Source: a virus
Taxonomy: Duplodnaviria; Caudoviricetes
Reading direction: 5' to 3' (one strand)
Length of the DNA: 57,860 nt
Virus record (IMG/VR): IMGVR_UViG_3300028920_002366
Span: 1 to 57,860 of that record
Under the pieces are notes generated by a model that saw only the letters and a list, made by a program, of their open reading frames with translations, did not search any database and was not told the DNA's origin. Both the position numbers and the translations under genes were made by a program. The first letter of the stretch is position 1. Each line of letters starts with the position of its first letter. Of this stretch, positions 37,452 to 46,511 are shown one piece after another.

Positions 37452-37730
37452 ATGGCATTTGGAATAAACCCATATCCCGAGATGAAACATGTGACACCAA
37501 CAGATAATGACTACTTCACAAACGCAGCAGGCCAAAAAGTATCGGCTAGAGGATTACTAATTGGTACTACTGGTGATATTAGTATTAGAATGGCTTCCGG
37601 AGTAATAAAAACGATACCATCTGGAGTACTTGCTACTGGTATTATACATCCTATGGAATTCGTAGAGATAAGGTATACCGGAACAAGCGCGACAAATATA
37701 TATGCTTTTTTTGACCAAAAAGTGATGTAA
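37452..37730 (+). CDS. Head-spike base protein (RcGTA Rcc01079-like)
   Basis: VTP.D...RGLLIGT.GDI..RM.SG...G..HP.....I..TGT.AT.I.A. Confidence 0.7.
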   Translation: MAFGINPYPEMKHVTPTDNDYFTNAAGQKVSARGLLIGTTGDISIRMASGVIKTIPSGVLATGIIHPMEFVEIRYTGTSATNIYAFFDQKVM

Positions 37731-37731
37731 T

Positions 37732-38349
37732 ATGAGCATAATACCATTAGTACTACTGCAAAATGAATTACCATCTGATGCTGTCAACTCAAATAATGAG
37801 CTTACTTATGCAATAGCACAAGCAACAAATTTCTGTAATAATTGGGCATACAAATATGACCCTTTTGATGATTATGATACTGATGACGATACAACTAGAG
37901 CTCCAGACCAAATAGTAAGAATATGTCTTGAAATGGCAAAAATATACTACTGGGAAACTGTTGGTGAGGTAACAAGAGATGGTGATAATTACCAAATTAT
38001 GCAAAACGAAATTGAAAATTATCAAAAAAAATTGCAAGAAATACAAATTTCACCATCATGGGAAGAACAAGCTATATCTCTTGATACTAATTATTGTATG
38101 CTAGTAGGTAGTAGGACTAATACTGGGGGTATGTGGCCAAGAGTAATTCCCCAAACGGCTCAAGTAATAGATGGGTATAATGTATGGGTAAGGCCAGATC
38201 ATTGGACAATAAGAAAAGGTGGAACGTATTCTGGAGAATATCCTGACGCCTGGTATCTTGAAGTTAGTTCAAGTTATTCTGTAGCAGGAACATTGAGATA
38301 TATGAGGACATATAGAAATGATTCTATCGATTACGCGAGGTATCAATAA
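37732..38349 (+). CDS. Head-tail adaptor-like protein
   Basis: AIAQAT..., P.QIVRICLE.A..Y motifs and position. Confidence 0.55.
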   Translation: MSIIPLVLLQNELPSDAVNSNNELTYAIAQATNFCNNWAYKYDPFDDYDTDDDTTRAPDQIVRICLEMAKIYYWETVGEVTRDGDNYQIMQNEIENYQKKLQEIQISPSWEEQAISLDTNYCMLVGSRTNTGGMWPRVIPQTAQVIDGYNVWVRPDHWTIRKGGTYSGEYPDAWYLEVSSSYSVAGTLRYMRTYRNDSIDYARYQ

Positions 38350-38747
38350 TGGCTATAATTGACAAAGAGACAGATGATTTTATTTTGCACAAAAAAAATA
38401 ACCATAACACTAGAGTTAACAACAAATTAATTAAACATACTTATAGTGATTACAAAGTAAAAAATAAAAATAAAGATATTTTTTGGGAGGTTGATAAAAA
38501 TATTGTAGAAGAAGATTGGGACACTTTGGTGGGTTGGGCGAACAAAAACCATATACAAGGTATAGAACCAAAGTTAGACGAAAGCGGGGATCCTATACCA
38601 GATACATACCAAAATCCTCACGACTCAGTATATATTGTGACAAATGGGAAATGGCTTTTTTCAAGACAATACCTTATTGATGATATTGAAGAGACAGAAA
38701 AATTCTTAATTAGACAATACAATAAACATGTTCGAACAAAAAGATAA
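38349..38747 (+). CDS. Hypothetical virion-module protein
   Basis: TAATG coupling to the previous gene. Confidence 0.55.
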   Translation: MAIIDKETDDFILHKKNNHNTRVNNKLIKHTYSDYKVKNKNKDIFWEVDKNIVEEDWDTLVGWANKNHIQGIEPKLDESGDPIPDTYQNPHDSVYIVTNGKWLFSRQYLIDDIEETEKFLIRQYNKHVRTKR

Positions 38748-38752
38748 TTAAT

Positions 38753-41128
38753 ATGAGTATTAGAAACTGGAACACAAATAATCTTAAATATTCTATATCT
38801 CCTGTAGGGCTATATCTTGGAGACAATCCGTCTTCTTATAACTCAGGTACATTTCCGATATATCAAGGACCATCAGCAGGAAGCAAGATTACAGGAACAC
38901 TCACAAACATGCTCACTAATTTTGGATATATTGATTTTGGGAGAGTGTTGTTTGACGGCACTAATGATCATATTGTAATTAATACTTATACAGCATGGAG
39001 CAATACAAACAATTTTACTTTTGAGAACTATATTCAATATTTTCAAAATTCAACAGAGCATTGTCTGTTCTCTGAAGGGACTGACTCGTCTAATTATTTC
39101 CAAATATCAATTACAGCAGCTTACAAAATTAAGGTATTATACAAAGTTGGTGGAGTATCAAAAGAAACAATAAGTACTGATACATTATCTTCTGGTGTGA
39201 AATACATAGCTGTTAGGAAAACAGGTGCAACAACGAAAATATATGTTGACGGCAGCGAGGTGAGTGCATATGATTCACAAGATTCTTATAATCTTGGTTC
39301 AATTACTCATACTTATTGTTGTTATGGGGGTTTGTTGCATAGCTTGGGTTTTATGTTACCTAGTGTGTATGATCTTTATGTCGCGAGTATATATGACGAA
39401 GATATTGGCGAAAACAGAATAAGTGCAAATTATAATTTTGGAAGATATTGGGATGGTTTGCGAGGCTCTGATAATGGTGATGATACAATGTCTCTTGTTG
39501 ACCCTGGTAGTGTAAGTGTAACTGGCACAGTAAAAAATTATAAAGACCTTCAGTATTGTAAGATATGTGAGATTAGGTCAGAAATGATTGATTCTGATGA
39601 TACTTATGTACCAATCAATATTACAGAACATCATTTCGATGATGAGGATTTGTTTTTTCAAAATGTTCAAAATAATAATGGATCTGATATAGTAGCTACT
39701 GATATTAACAACAACGAAATACCCTTTAAACTCAATTCTTTTGACAAATCGGCAAAAACAATAGACGGTATATTGCGAGCACCTAATATTAGTACTACGA
39801 CAAACCAACAAGTAATAATACATTATGGTGGGACAACAACAAGATCTATTGATAGTGATCTTGTATATGAGTATCCAAAGCCAAATGGTGTAACCTGGAC
39901 AACTCAAACAAGTGCTGCTGATAATAATTGGCTCGGGTTGGCTACTAATGGAGAAATATTTGTGGCTGTATCATGGACTGGCACTGGAAACAGGGTGATG
40001 ACATCTCCTGATGGCAAAATATGGACGATAAGGAGCACCCCGCAAAATAACTTTTGGAGCAGCGTAGCTTGGGGCAATGGAAAATTTGTGGCGGTGGCAC
40101 AAACTGGTACTAATCGAGTGATTACATCACCTGATGGTGTTAACTGGACGTTGAGAAATGCATCAGTGAATAATGCGTGGGTAAGTGTGATATATAACAA
40201 CCAATTTGTGGCGGTAGCGGCAACAGGTACTGGAGATCGTGTAATGACATCACCTGATGGTATTACATGGACCACCCGTACTAGTGCAGCGGACAATGAT
40301 TGGTATGATGTAGCTTGGAGTGGAACTATATATGCTGCAGTAGCAGCAACAGGTACTGGAAATCGTGTGATGACTTCCCCTGATGGGATAACTTGGACTA
40401 CTAGAACTAGTGCTGCTGATAATGATTGGGTAGCAATATATTGGGATAGTTATAATAGCCTTTTTGTTGCAACAGCTCAATCCGGCACAGGCAATCGTGT
40501 AATGACTTCTCCAGATGGTATTACATGGACATTAAGGACAAGTGCGGCTGATAATAGTTGGTATGATATATTGTCTAATAATGGTATTAATATTGCCTGT
40601 AGTTACAATGGGACAAACAACAGGATACAGACATCGCAAGACGGTATTACATGGACCACCCGTACTAGTGCAGCAAATAATAGCTGGCGAAAAATAAGAT
40701 ATGCAAAAGGAACCTATGTAGTAATTGGTGATTCTGGAACGGGTGACAGGGTAATGACAAACATACACACTTTTGTCAAGAATAACGAAATAACTCAAAC
40801 AGTTAATGGCGCTCTTAGCTTTAGCCTTCAGTTTTCATTTTTTAAGAAAATGTATTACCCAAAAATACTGTTACCTGAAACAAAACATGTTACCCCGACA
40901 GATGGATCTAGATTTGTCAATAATTCTGGACAAGCTATTTCTGCGAGGGGTATACTAATTGGTACTGACGGCGATATATGTATCAGAATGGCATCAGGAA
41001 AAGTGGTTAATATTAGTTCAGGCACTTTTTTGACCGGAGTTATCCATTATATTGAATTTGTTGAAGTTAGATATACTGGAACTACAGCTGAAAACATCTA
41101 CGCTTTTTTTCGGGAAAAGGTACAGTAA
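38753..41128 (+). CDS. Multidomain virion fibre: LamG-like, DUF2341-like, BNR-type beta-propeller and C-terminal spike-base domains
   Basis: FDGTND..IYVDG (LamG); NGSDI...PF (DUF2341); about 7 repeats of VMTSPDGITWT.RTSAADN.W; the last ~85 aa are a paralog of ORF 37452. Confidence 0.75.
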   Translation: MSIRNWNTNNLKYSISPVGLYLGDNPSSYNSGTFPIYQGPSAGSKITGTLTNMLTNFGYIDFGRVLFDGTNDHIVINTYTAWSNTNNFTFENYIQYFQNSTEHCLFSEGTDSSNYFQISITAAYKIKVLYKVGGVSKETISTDTLSSGVKYIAVRKTGATTKIYVDGSEVSAYDSQDSYNLGSITHTYCCYGGLLHSLGFMLPSVYDLYVASIYDEDIGENRISANYNFGRYWDGLRGSDNGDDTMSLVDPGSVSVTGTVKNYKDLQYCKICEIRSEMIDSDDTYVPINITEHHFDDEDLFFQNVQNNNGSDIVATDINNNEIPFKLNSFDKSAKTIDGILRAPNISTTTNQQVIIHYGGTTTRSIDSDLVYEYPKPNGVTWTTQTSAADNNWLGLATNGEIFVAVSWTGTGNRVMTSPDGKIWTIRSTPQNNFWSSVAWGNGKFVAVAQTGTNRVITSPDGVNWTLRNASVNNAWVSVIYNNQFVAVAATGTGDRVMTSPDGITWTTRTSAADNDWYDVAWSGTIYAAVAATGTGNRVMTSPDGITWTTRTSAADNDWVAIYWDSYNSLFVATAQSGTGNRVMTSPDGITWTLRTSAADNSWYDILSNNGINIACSYNGTNNRIQTSQDGITWTTRTSAANNSWRKIRYAKGTYVVIGDSGTGDRVMTNIHTFVKNNEITQTVNGALSFSLQFSFFKKMYYPKILLPETKHVTPTDGSRFVNNSGQAISARGILIGTDGDICIRMASGKVVNISSGTFLTGVIHYIEFVEVRYTGTTAENIYAFFREKVQ

Positions 41129-41130
41129 TA

Positions 41131-41631
41131 ATGGCCGATAGTTTTGAAATCACAATGGAAACAAAAGAAGTAGAAAAACTAATATCTAATCTTTTGAAGA
41201 GAATAAAAAACCCAAAAAAATTAATGAAAACATTAGAGCGTTGGGTACACGCACAAACTATGCTAATGTTTCGTGGGAAAAGACCTGATAATACAGCTGT
41301 GAGGGGAATGAAGTGGCCAAAATTAGCCAAAAGTACAATTAAGCAGAAAAAGGCTAGAGTGGCAAGAGGTGTTGGTATTGTTGCAAATAGGCCTATGGTA
41401 GACACTGGGAAATTAAGAGATAGTTTGAAGGTTCTAAAAAGGTCGCATAAAGGTTTTGTATATGGGACAAAAGTAAAAAGCAAGAAAGGTTTCCATTATC
41501 CTGGTTACTGGAATAATTCAAAATTTGTTTTTCTTTTTTTTAACAAAATAGATTTTGCTCAAATAAGTAGAATGACAGTTGATTTTTTAAATGATAGATT
41601 GGAAAGGTTTTCGAAATATAAAACAGGGTAA
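41131..41631 (+). CDS. Virion morphogenesis protein (Mu gpG / tail completion-like)
   Basis: KWPKLAKSTIKQK...PMVDTGKLRDSL. Confidence 0.8.
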   Translation: MADSFEITMETKEVEKLISNLLKRIKNPKKLMKTLERWVHAQTMLMFRGKRPDNTAVRGMKWPKLAKSTIKQKKARVARGVGIVANRPMVDTGKLRDSLKVLKRSHKGFVYGTKVKSKKGFHYPGYWNNSKFVFLFFNKIDFAQISRMTVDFLNDRLERFSKYKTG

Positions 41632-41633
41632 TT

Positions 41634-42125
41634 ATGGCATTAGATAGAAAAGGTATTGTTAAAGCATTTGTAGACCTACTAAAGTCTGACACAAGTGTAT
41701 TATACGGGTCTGGAAAGCTTCTTAATATCATTAACGATAAATCAATTAAGTTTGCTAAGTCAAGAGTAAACAACAAAAAACCTTTTGGACTATACGTATG
41801 GTGTGTTGATGAAACTATTAGTATGTACAGAATGCAAAATAACGACGAAATATACGAACTTAATTTTCGTTACGAAGCTATTGCAGCAGACCCAGAAACT
41901 GCGGTACAACAAATAGATGACGCCAATGAAAGAGTTAAGTTATTAGCCAATCTGCAAATGTACAATGGTCAAATGATGTCAGCTTATTATACTGATTCTA
42001 ATGCACAAGTAATAAATATCAATCCAATTAATTCTTCTTTGCCCGCACCAGAAAGCACAGAAGAAAAGAAAACTATAATAGAAATAGAGAGTGCTATTGA
42101 AATAGAAATCAATCGATATAGATAG
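41634..42125 (+). CDS. Probable tail terminator
   Basis: Size and position before the tail tube gene. Confidence 0.5.
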   Translation: MALDRKGIVKAFVDLLKSDTSVLYGSGKLLNIINDKSIKFAKSRVNNKKPFGLYVWCVDETISMYRMQNNDEIYELNFRYEAIAADPETAVQQIDDANERVKLLANLQMYNGQMMSAYYTDSNAQVININPINSSLPAPESTEEKKTIIEIESAIEIEINRYR

Positions 42126-42133
42126 GAGGTTGT

Positions 42134-43231
42134 ATGGCAATTGAAAGCCAAAGAGCGAAAAAATGTTTCTTTTCATACAAAGAATCAACACCAGGAACAC
42201 CAAACACTACTGCATTTTTTGAAGGTCGAGGGATGATGGCTTTGCCATCAACAGAACCACAACTTGAATCAGACAAAATGAAACTAGGGAGTGGAGAACA
42301 TGGAACAAAAAGTGAAATCCAAGCTATATGGACACCTTTTTCGTATACTTGCGACAGGATGTCTGAGCTTGCTTATTTTCTTTCTTATTTTCAAGGCAGA
42401 CCTTACACAGTTTCTCCGTCGGGAAGCCTTGAAAGACATGAATTATTTCATTTCGGCACTGAGGAAATGACTTTGCCTTCTTTCACTATAGAGTATGGTC
42501 TAGGGGGAACTGGGAATAACTCTGTAATAGCAGGATGCACCGTCAATGAATTTTCAATCACTTTCTCTTCTGGTGGAAATGGCAGGGTAGAAGCTACGTT
42601 TTCTGGTTGGGGGAACAGACATTATTGGAATGCAGGAGCTATAACAGAAAGACCAGCTGGAAATATGAATACAGGTGATAATAACTTGTTTGATTTTGGG
42701 TCAGAGCCTATTGTCAACTACAAGTGTTGCAATTTATGGGTTGCTGACACAGCAGACCATGTTAAGGGTGATTCTGTAGATTTTACTGGCGAAAACTTAG
42801 GTGCAAATTTGATTAATCTTACTACCCTACTGAACAGTATTACTCTAAGTGGCAACAATGGCGCTACAGTAGCAGATAAGGCGAGAGCTGGAGGGTATGG
42901 TATAGTCAACGATTTTGTGAGAGGTGACAGATCTTATAATCTGGAAATTAATCTCAGAAAAAACCTTAGTACTCTCGATACAGATGCAGCAATTATTGCT
43001 AACACGCAGAGAGCAGTTGAATTACTTTTTAATGGGAAATATATTTCTGGTACAGATCCATATGCCATAGATTTTTTTTGGCCGAAGGTACAATTCATCG
43101 GAGATGCTCAAGATGATGCAAGCCCAATTAGTATTACTCTCCCTTGTGAAGTTTTTGAAGACACAACAAATAGTGCTTTTGAAGTTTTTGTGCAAAGCCA
43201 GATAGGAACTGCTTATAATGCAACTATTTAA
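42134..43231 (+). CDS. Major tail tube protein
   Basis: KESTPGT, LPSFTIE and GCTVNEFSITF motifs; position. Confidence 0.75.
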   Translation: MAIESQRAKKCFFSYKESTPGTPNTTAFFEGRGMMALPSTEPQLESDKMKLGSGEHGTKSEIQAIWTPFSYTCDRMSELAYFLSYFQGRPYTVSPSGSLERHELFHFGTEEMTLPSFTIEYGLGGTGNNSVIAGCTVNEFSITFSSGGNGRVEATFSGWGNRHYWNAGAITERPAGNMNTGDNNLFDFGSEPIVNYKCCNLWVADTADHVKGDSVDFTGENLGANLINLTTLLNSITLSGNNGATVADKARAGGYGIVNDFVRGDRSYNLEINLRKNLSTLDTDAAIIANTQRAVELLFNGKYISGTDPYAIDFFWPKVQFIGDAQDDASPISITLPCEVFEDTTNSAFEVFVQSQIGTAYNATI

Positions 43232-43625
43232 TTTTTTTCAAAAAAAAGAGAAAAGATTTTCTTGTGGTGGAGAGAGATGTATTGAGTTTTGGGACAAAAA
43301 TCACTGTAGATCTAAGATATGGTACCGGAAACCCAATGGTGACGAAATGCTTAATTTTGCCCATACTACATTAGCCACCGAAGAAAGTGAATTAAGGGAA
43401 TTATCCTCTGTAAAATTAACTCCACACAAAATGCAGGAACTACTTAGAAAAAAGAAGCTAATCCCTTTTGGAGTTAAAATAATTACGAAATTCGAAGGAT
43501 ACGAGGATAAGGATGGCAAGGTTGTCACATCAATAGATAATATTATTGAATATTATCCTCATCATATTGAAAGTGTAGTAATGGAAGCTTATAATATGAG
43601 CGATAAATATAAAAAAAAAATTTAA
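43218..43625 (+). CDS. Tail assembly chaperone (G)
   Basis: Lies between tube and tape measure and ends in an A10 slippery run. Confidence 0.65.
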   Translation: MQLFNFFQKKEKRFSCGGERCIEFWDKNHCRSKIWYRKPNGDEMLNFAHTTLATEESELRELSSVKLTPHKMQELLRKKKLIPFGVKIITKFEGYEDKDGKVVTSIDNIIEYYPHHIESVVMEAYNMSDKYKKKI

Positions 43626-43915
43626 CATTTGAGGAATTCAATGAAGTGCTTAAATCAATGTTTGTTGTTACAGAAAAACAGGGTGAAAGAATTTGTGAAA
43701 TTAAATTTCCATCTGGGTGTGAGTCTTGTGATTGTGATGACGATTGGCAATGTACAGAAGGTTGTCTCTGGAGAGAAAACTCTTGGAAATATGATGAGAT
43801 GTATTATTATATGACACTAGCAAGGTGGGCGAATGCTGGAATTGATCTTAACAGGATTGATGATTTAGCGCCAAATGATTTTCTAAAAATTTCTATCTTA
43901 AAGAAAGTGTTATAA
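43611..43915 (+). CDS. -1 frameshift extension of the tail chaperone (T of G-T)
   Basis: The -1 frame is open from the A-run (KKNLTFEEFNEVLKSM...) to TAA 43915. There is no clear RBS for GTG 43646. Confidence 0.65.
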
Positions 43916-45933
43916 TGGGACTATTTGGGTTTGGAAAAGTTAGCGAAGCAACTGTTAGGGTAAACTATGATGGGAAAAATGCAGAAAAAGGTCTTGGTGG
44001 CCTTAAAAAAGCAGTTGCAGGAGTAATTACAGCAGCTATAATGAAAGAGACTATTCAGTATACTTATGAACTAGGAAAACTTGGTGCACAAGCTAATTCT
44101 GTACAAAAAAACTTTGAAAATTTTGCAAAAAGATCCGGCAAATCCACAGATGAGATGATGCAAAAATTAAGAACAGCTACTCTTGGTATGGTCAACGACA
44201 TGGAATTACAACAAAGAGCCATGCAAGCAATGGTAGCTGGTGTTAAGTTTGATGATATTATTACATCTATGGAATATGTGACAAAATTTGCTTCTGCTAC
44301 AGGAACTGATGTTTCCCAAAAAATGATGACGGTGATGACAGGTCTTGCACGTGGTAGTGCTCAATTTCTTGATGACGTTGGTATACAAGTAATTGGGTCA
44401 AAAGATGTAGTTAATGATGCAATGATACAGATGAAAGAAAAGATGGGTCAATTTACTACTTCGGAAGAAGATGCTGCTGTACAAGCAGAACAGTTGAAAG
44501 CAGAAATGCAAAACCTTAAGATAGAATTAGGACAAAAAGTTCAACCTGTTTTTGTTGGTTTTCTTAATATAGCAAATAGGGCATTGACAGAATGGAAACA
44601 GATATTTTCTGATATTGGCGACTTTATGAGCAAGGTAGGTTTGATCCAGAAAAAGACTCAACAAGAAAGAATTAATACTACAATTCAAGAAGTACAAGAG
44701 CTACAGAAATTAAGAAAAGAACAAGAAATGATAAGAGATACCCAACTTGCTATGCAAGCACAGGGTGGTATATACTTTTCTCAAGAAGCTCTTGACCAAG
44801 CACTTTCAAATATTGAGGCAATTAACGAAGAGATTAAGTCTGTAGACAAAAATTTTCGAAAAGTAGGTTCTGGGACAGGTCTTCCAATACCAGGAACAAC
44901 TATGGCAAAAAAAGAGAGCGATAGTGGTGGCAAGAAAAGAGCACAAGCAGAACGCAATGCTATGCAAAAAATTAGAGAACAAATGGCTCAAGACGCACAA
45001 GCGCATTGGGAATTTGAAGAAAAAAGAAGAGAAGAAGTTCTGGCTGATATAGAAAATAATTATGTATTATTGACAGATGCACAAAAAATATACGAGGGAT
45101 CAAGAATAGAACTTATGGAAGATAGTGCTGAAAAAGAAAAAGCAACAATTAAGGCAAGGTTTGACGAGTTACACATGGTATATGCTGGTAATTCTGATGC
45201 CCTGAAATTGATAAAAGAAGCAGAAATTAATGAAATAAAATTAATGGAACAACAAAGAAGAGAAGAAGATATTCAAGAAGAAAGAAAATTAAAAGAAGAA
45301 AAAACAAAGCTTGCTCAAGAAGGATTGTCATCATACTCAAGTATTAATCAAGGAATAATGAGCATTATTAATATAAGGACATCAAAAGAGATAGCAAACC
45401 TTAAGAAACTTGGGCTCGAAGAAGAGGAGTTTGCAAAAAGAAAAGAAGAAATAATGCAAGCCAGCGCTCAAAAACAAAGAACATTTGCCAGAATACAACA
45501 AGGTATTGCTATTGCAGAAGCTACAGTTAATGTATATAAAGCTGCTTCTGGTGTTTTTTCACAAACATTTGGCGGGGTAATATCACGGTCATTAGCTATG
45601 GCGGCAGCAATAGGACAAGGCCTTGTAACAGTGTCGCAAATACAAGCACAACATTTTGAGACTGGAAGGATAGGAGATGTAAGCAGGGATAGGAAAAGAG
45701 ACTCTGTTTTTGCAATGCTAGGTCCTGGTGAAAGTGTAATCTCTGCGCCACAGACGGCAATCCATGAAGACACATTGAGAGCAATACAAGACAATACAGC
45801 TAATACAGCAGCAGGTATGGCGAATATGCCAGGTGGCAACATAGTTAATAATTTTTACGGTATTTCAACAGAACAAATGTTGGAAGCACAGGTCAATATT
45901 CACAGAAAAAACAGAGTAGGTAGAAGAATATGA
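43915..45933 (+). CDS. Tape measure protein
   Basis: Helical Ala/Gln/Glu-rich 672-aa protein; R.SAQFLDDVGI and AML.PGE.V motifs. Confidence 0.88.
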   Translation: MGLFGFGKVSEATVRVNYDGKNAEKGLGGLKKAVAGVITAAIMKETIQYTYELGKLGAQANSVQKNFENFAKRSGKSTDEMMQKLRTATLGMVNDMELQQRAMQAMVAGVKFDDIITSMEYVTKFASATGTDVSQKMMTVMTGLARGSAQFLDDVGIQVIGSKDVVNDAMIQMKEKMGQFTTSEEDAAVQAEQLKAEMQNLKIELGQKVQPVFVGFLNIANRALTEWKQIFSDIGDFMSKVGLIQKKTQQERINTTIQEVQELQKLRKEQEMIRDTQLAMQAQGGIYFSQEALDQALSNIEAINEEIKSVDKNFRKVGSGTGLPIPGTTMAKKESDSGGKKRAQAERNAMQKIREQMAQDAQAHWEFEEKRREEVLADIENNYVLLTDAQKIYEGSRIELMEDSAEKEKATIKARFDELHMVYAGNSDALKLIKEAEINEIKLMEQQRREEDIQEERKLKEEKTKLAQEGLSSYSSINQGIMSIINIRTSKEIANLKKLGLEEEEFAKRKEEIMQASAQKQRTFARIQQGIAIAEATVNVYKAASGVFSQTFGGVISRSLAMAAAIGQGLVTVSQIQAQHFETGRIGDVSRDRKRDSVFAMLGPGESVISAPQTAIHEDTLRAIQDNTANTAAGMANMPGGNIVNNFYGISTEQMLEAQVNIHRKNRVGRRI

Positions 45934-46499
45934 GCTGGAGTATAAGACCGAAATTTCCTACGGGTACAACATTCGATGGTGAAATTACGTGGACATCCAC
46001 AGATATAGAAATACCTGATAATATTTATTTACAATTAGAAAGCACAAATATTGTAATTGGTTCGCAATTTGTAAATAAAAATACTGGTTTTGAAAAGAAA
46101 AAGTACAAAAAACATGATAATAGTTATGTTGAATATAGTATAATGCTTGTTGGAAACCTGCCATATTATCTGAAAGAATTATTACTAAGACTTGCTGCTG
46201 CTGTAAATGGCGCTGGAATGATACTAGAATTCAAGGATAATTGGTGTATGGGAACAATTAATTCTCCTATACAATATGAATGTAGATGGACCAACGCTGG
46301 TGATTTTGTAGAAAATAGTGAATTATTATGTGGTGGTAGCATTAAACTATTATGTTTTCGGAGTGTCGAAAATGAAGGTAGTGGCGATCCATCGGGTGGG
46401 GTATATGAAAAAACAATAGATGCGCCTCTTAGTGGGTTTGAATGGGATTTAAAAATAGACGATTCGGACGCAGACTATATATATGTGAGATTGCCGTAA
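45930..46499 (+). CDS. Tail tip protein (distal-tail-like)
   Basis: Position after the tape measure gene. Confidence 0.5.
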   Translation: MSWSIRPKFPTGTTFDGEITWTSTDIEIPDNIYLQLESTNIVIGSQFVNKNTGFEKKKYKKHDNSYVEYSIMLVGNLPYYLKELLLRLAAAVNGAGMILEFKDNWCMGTINSPIQYECRWTNAGDFVENSELLCGGSIKLLCFRSVENEGSGDPSGGVYEKTIDAPLSGFEWDLKIDDSDADYIYVRLP

Positions 46500-46511
46500 G
46501 AAAGGAAAATT

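Noticed and set aside
39578-45842. Minus-strand ORFs within the structural genes
   Set aside because: They are antisense to well-supported genes and have no motifs or RBS.
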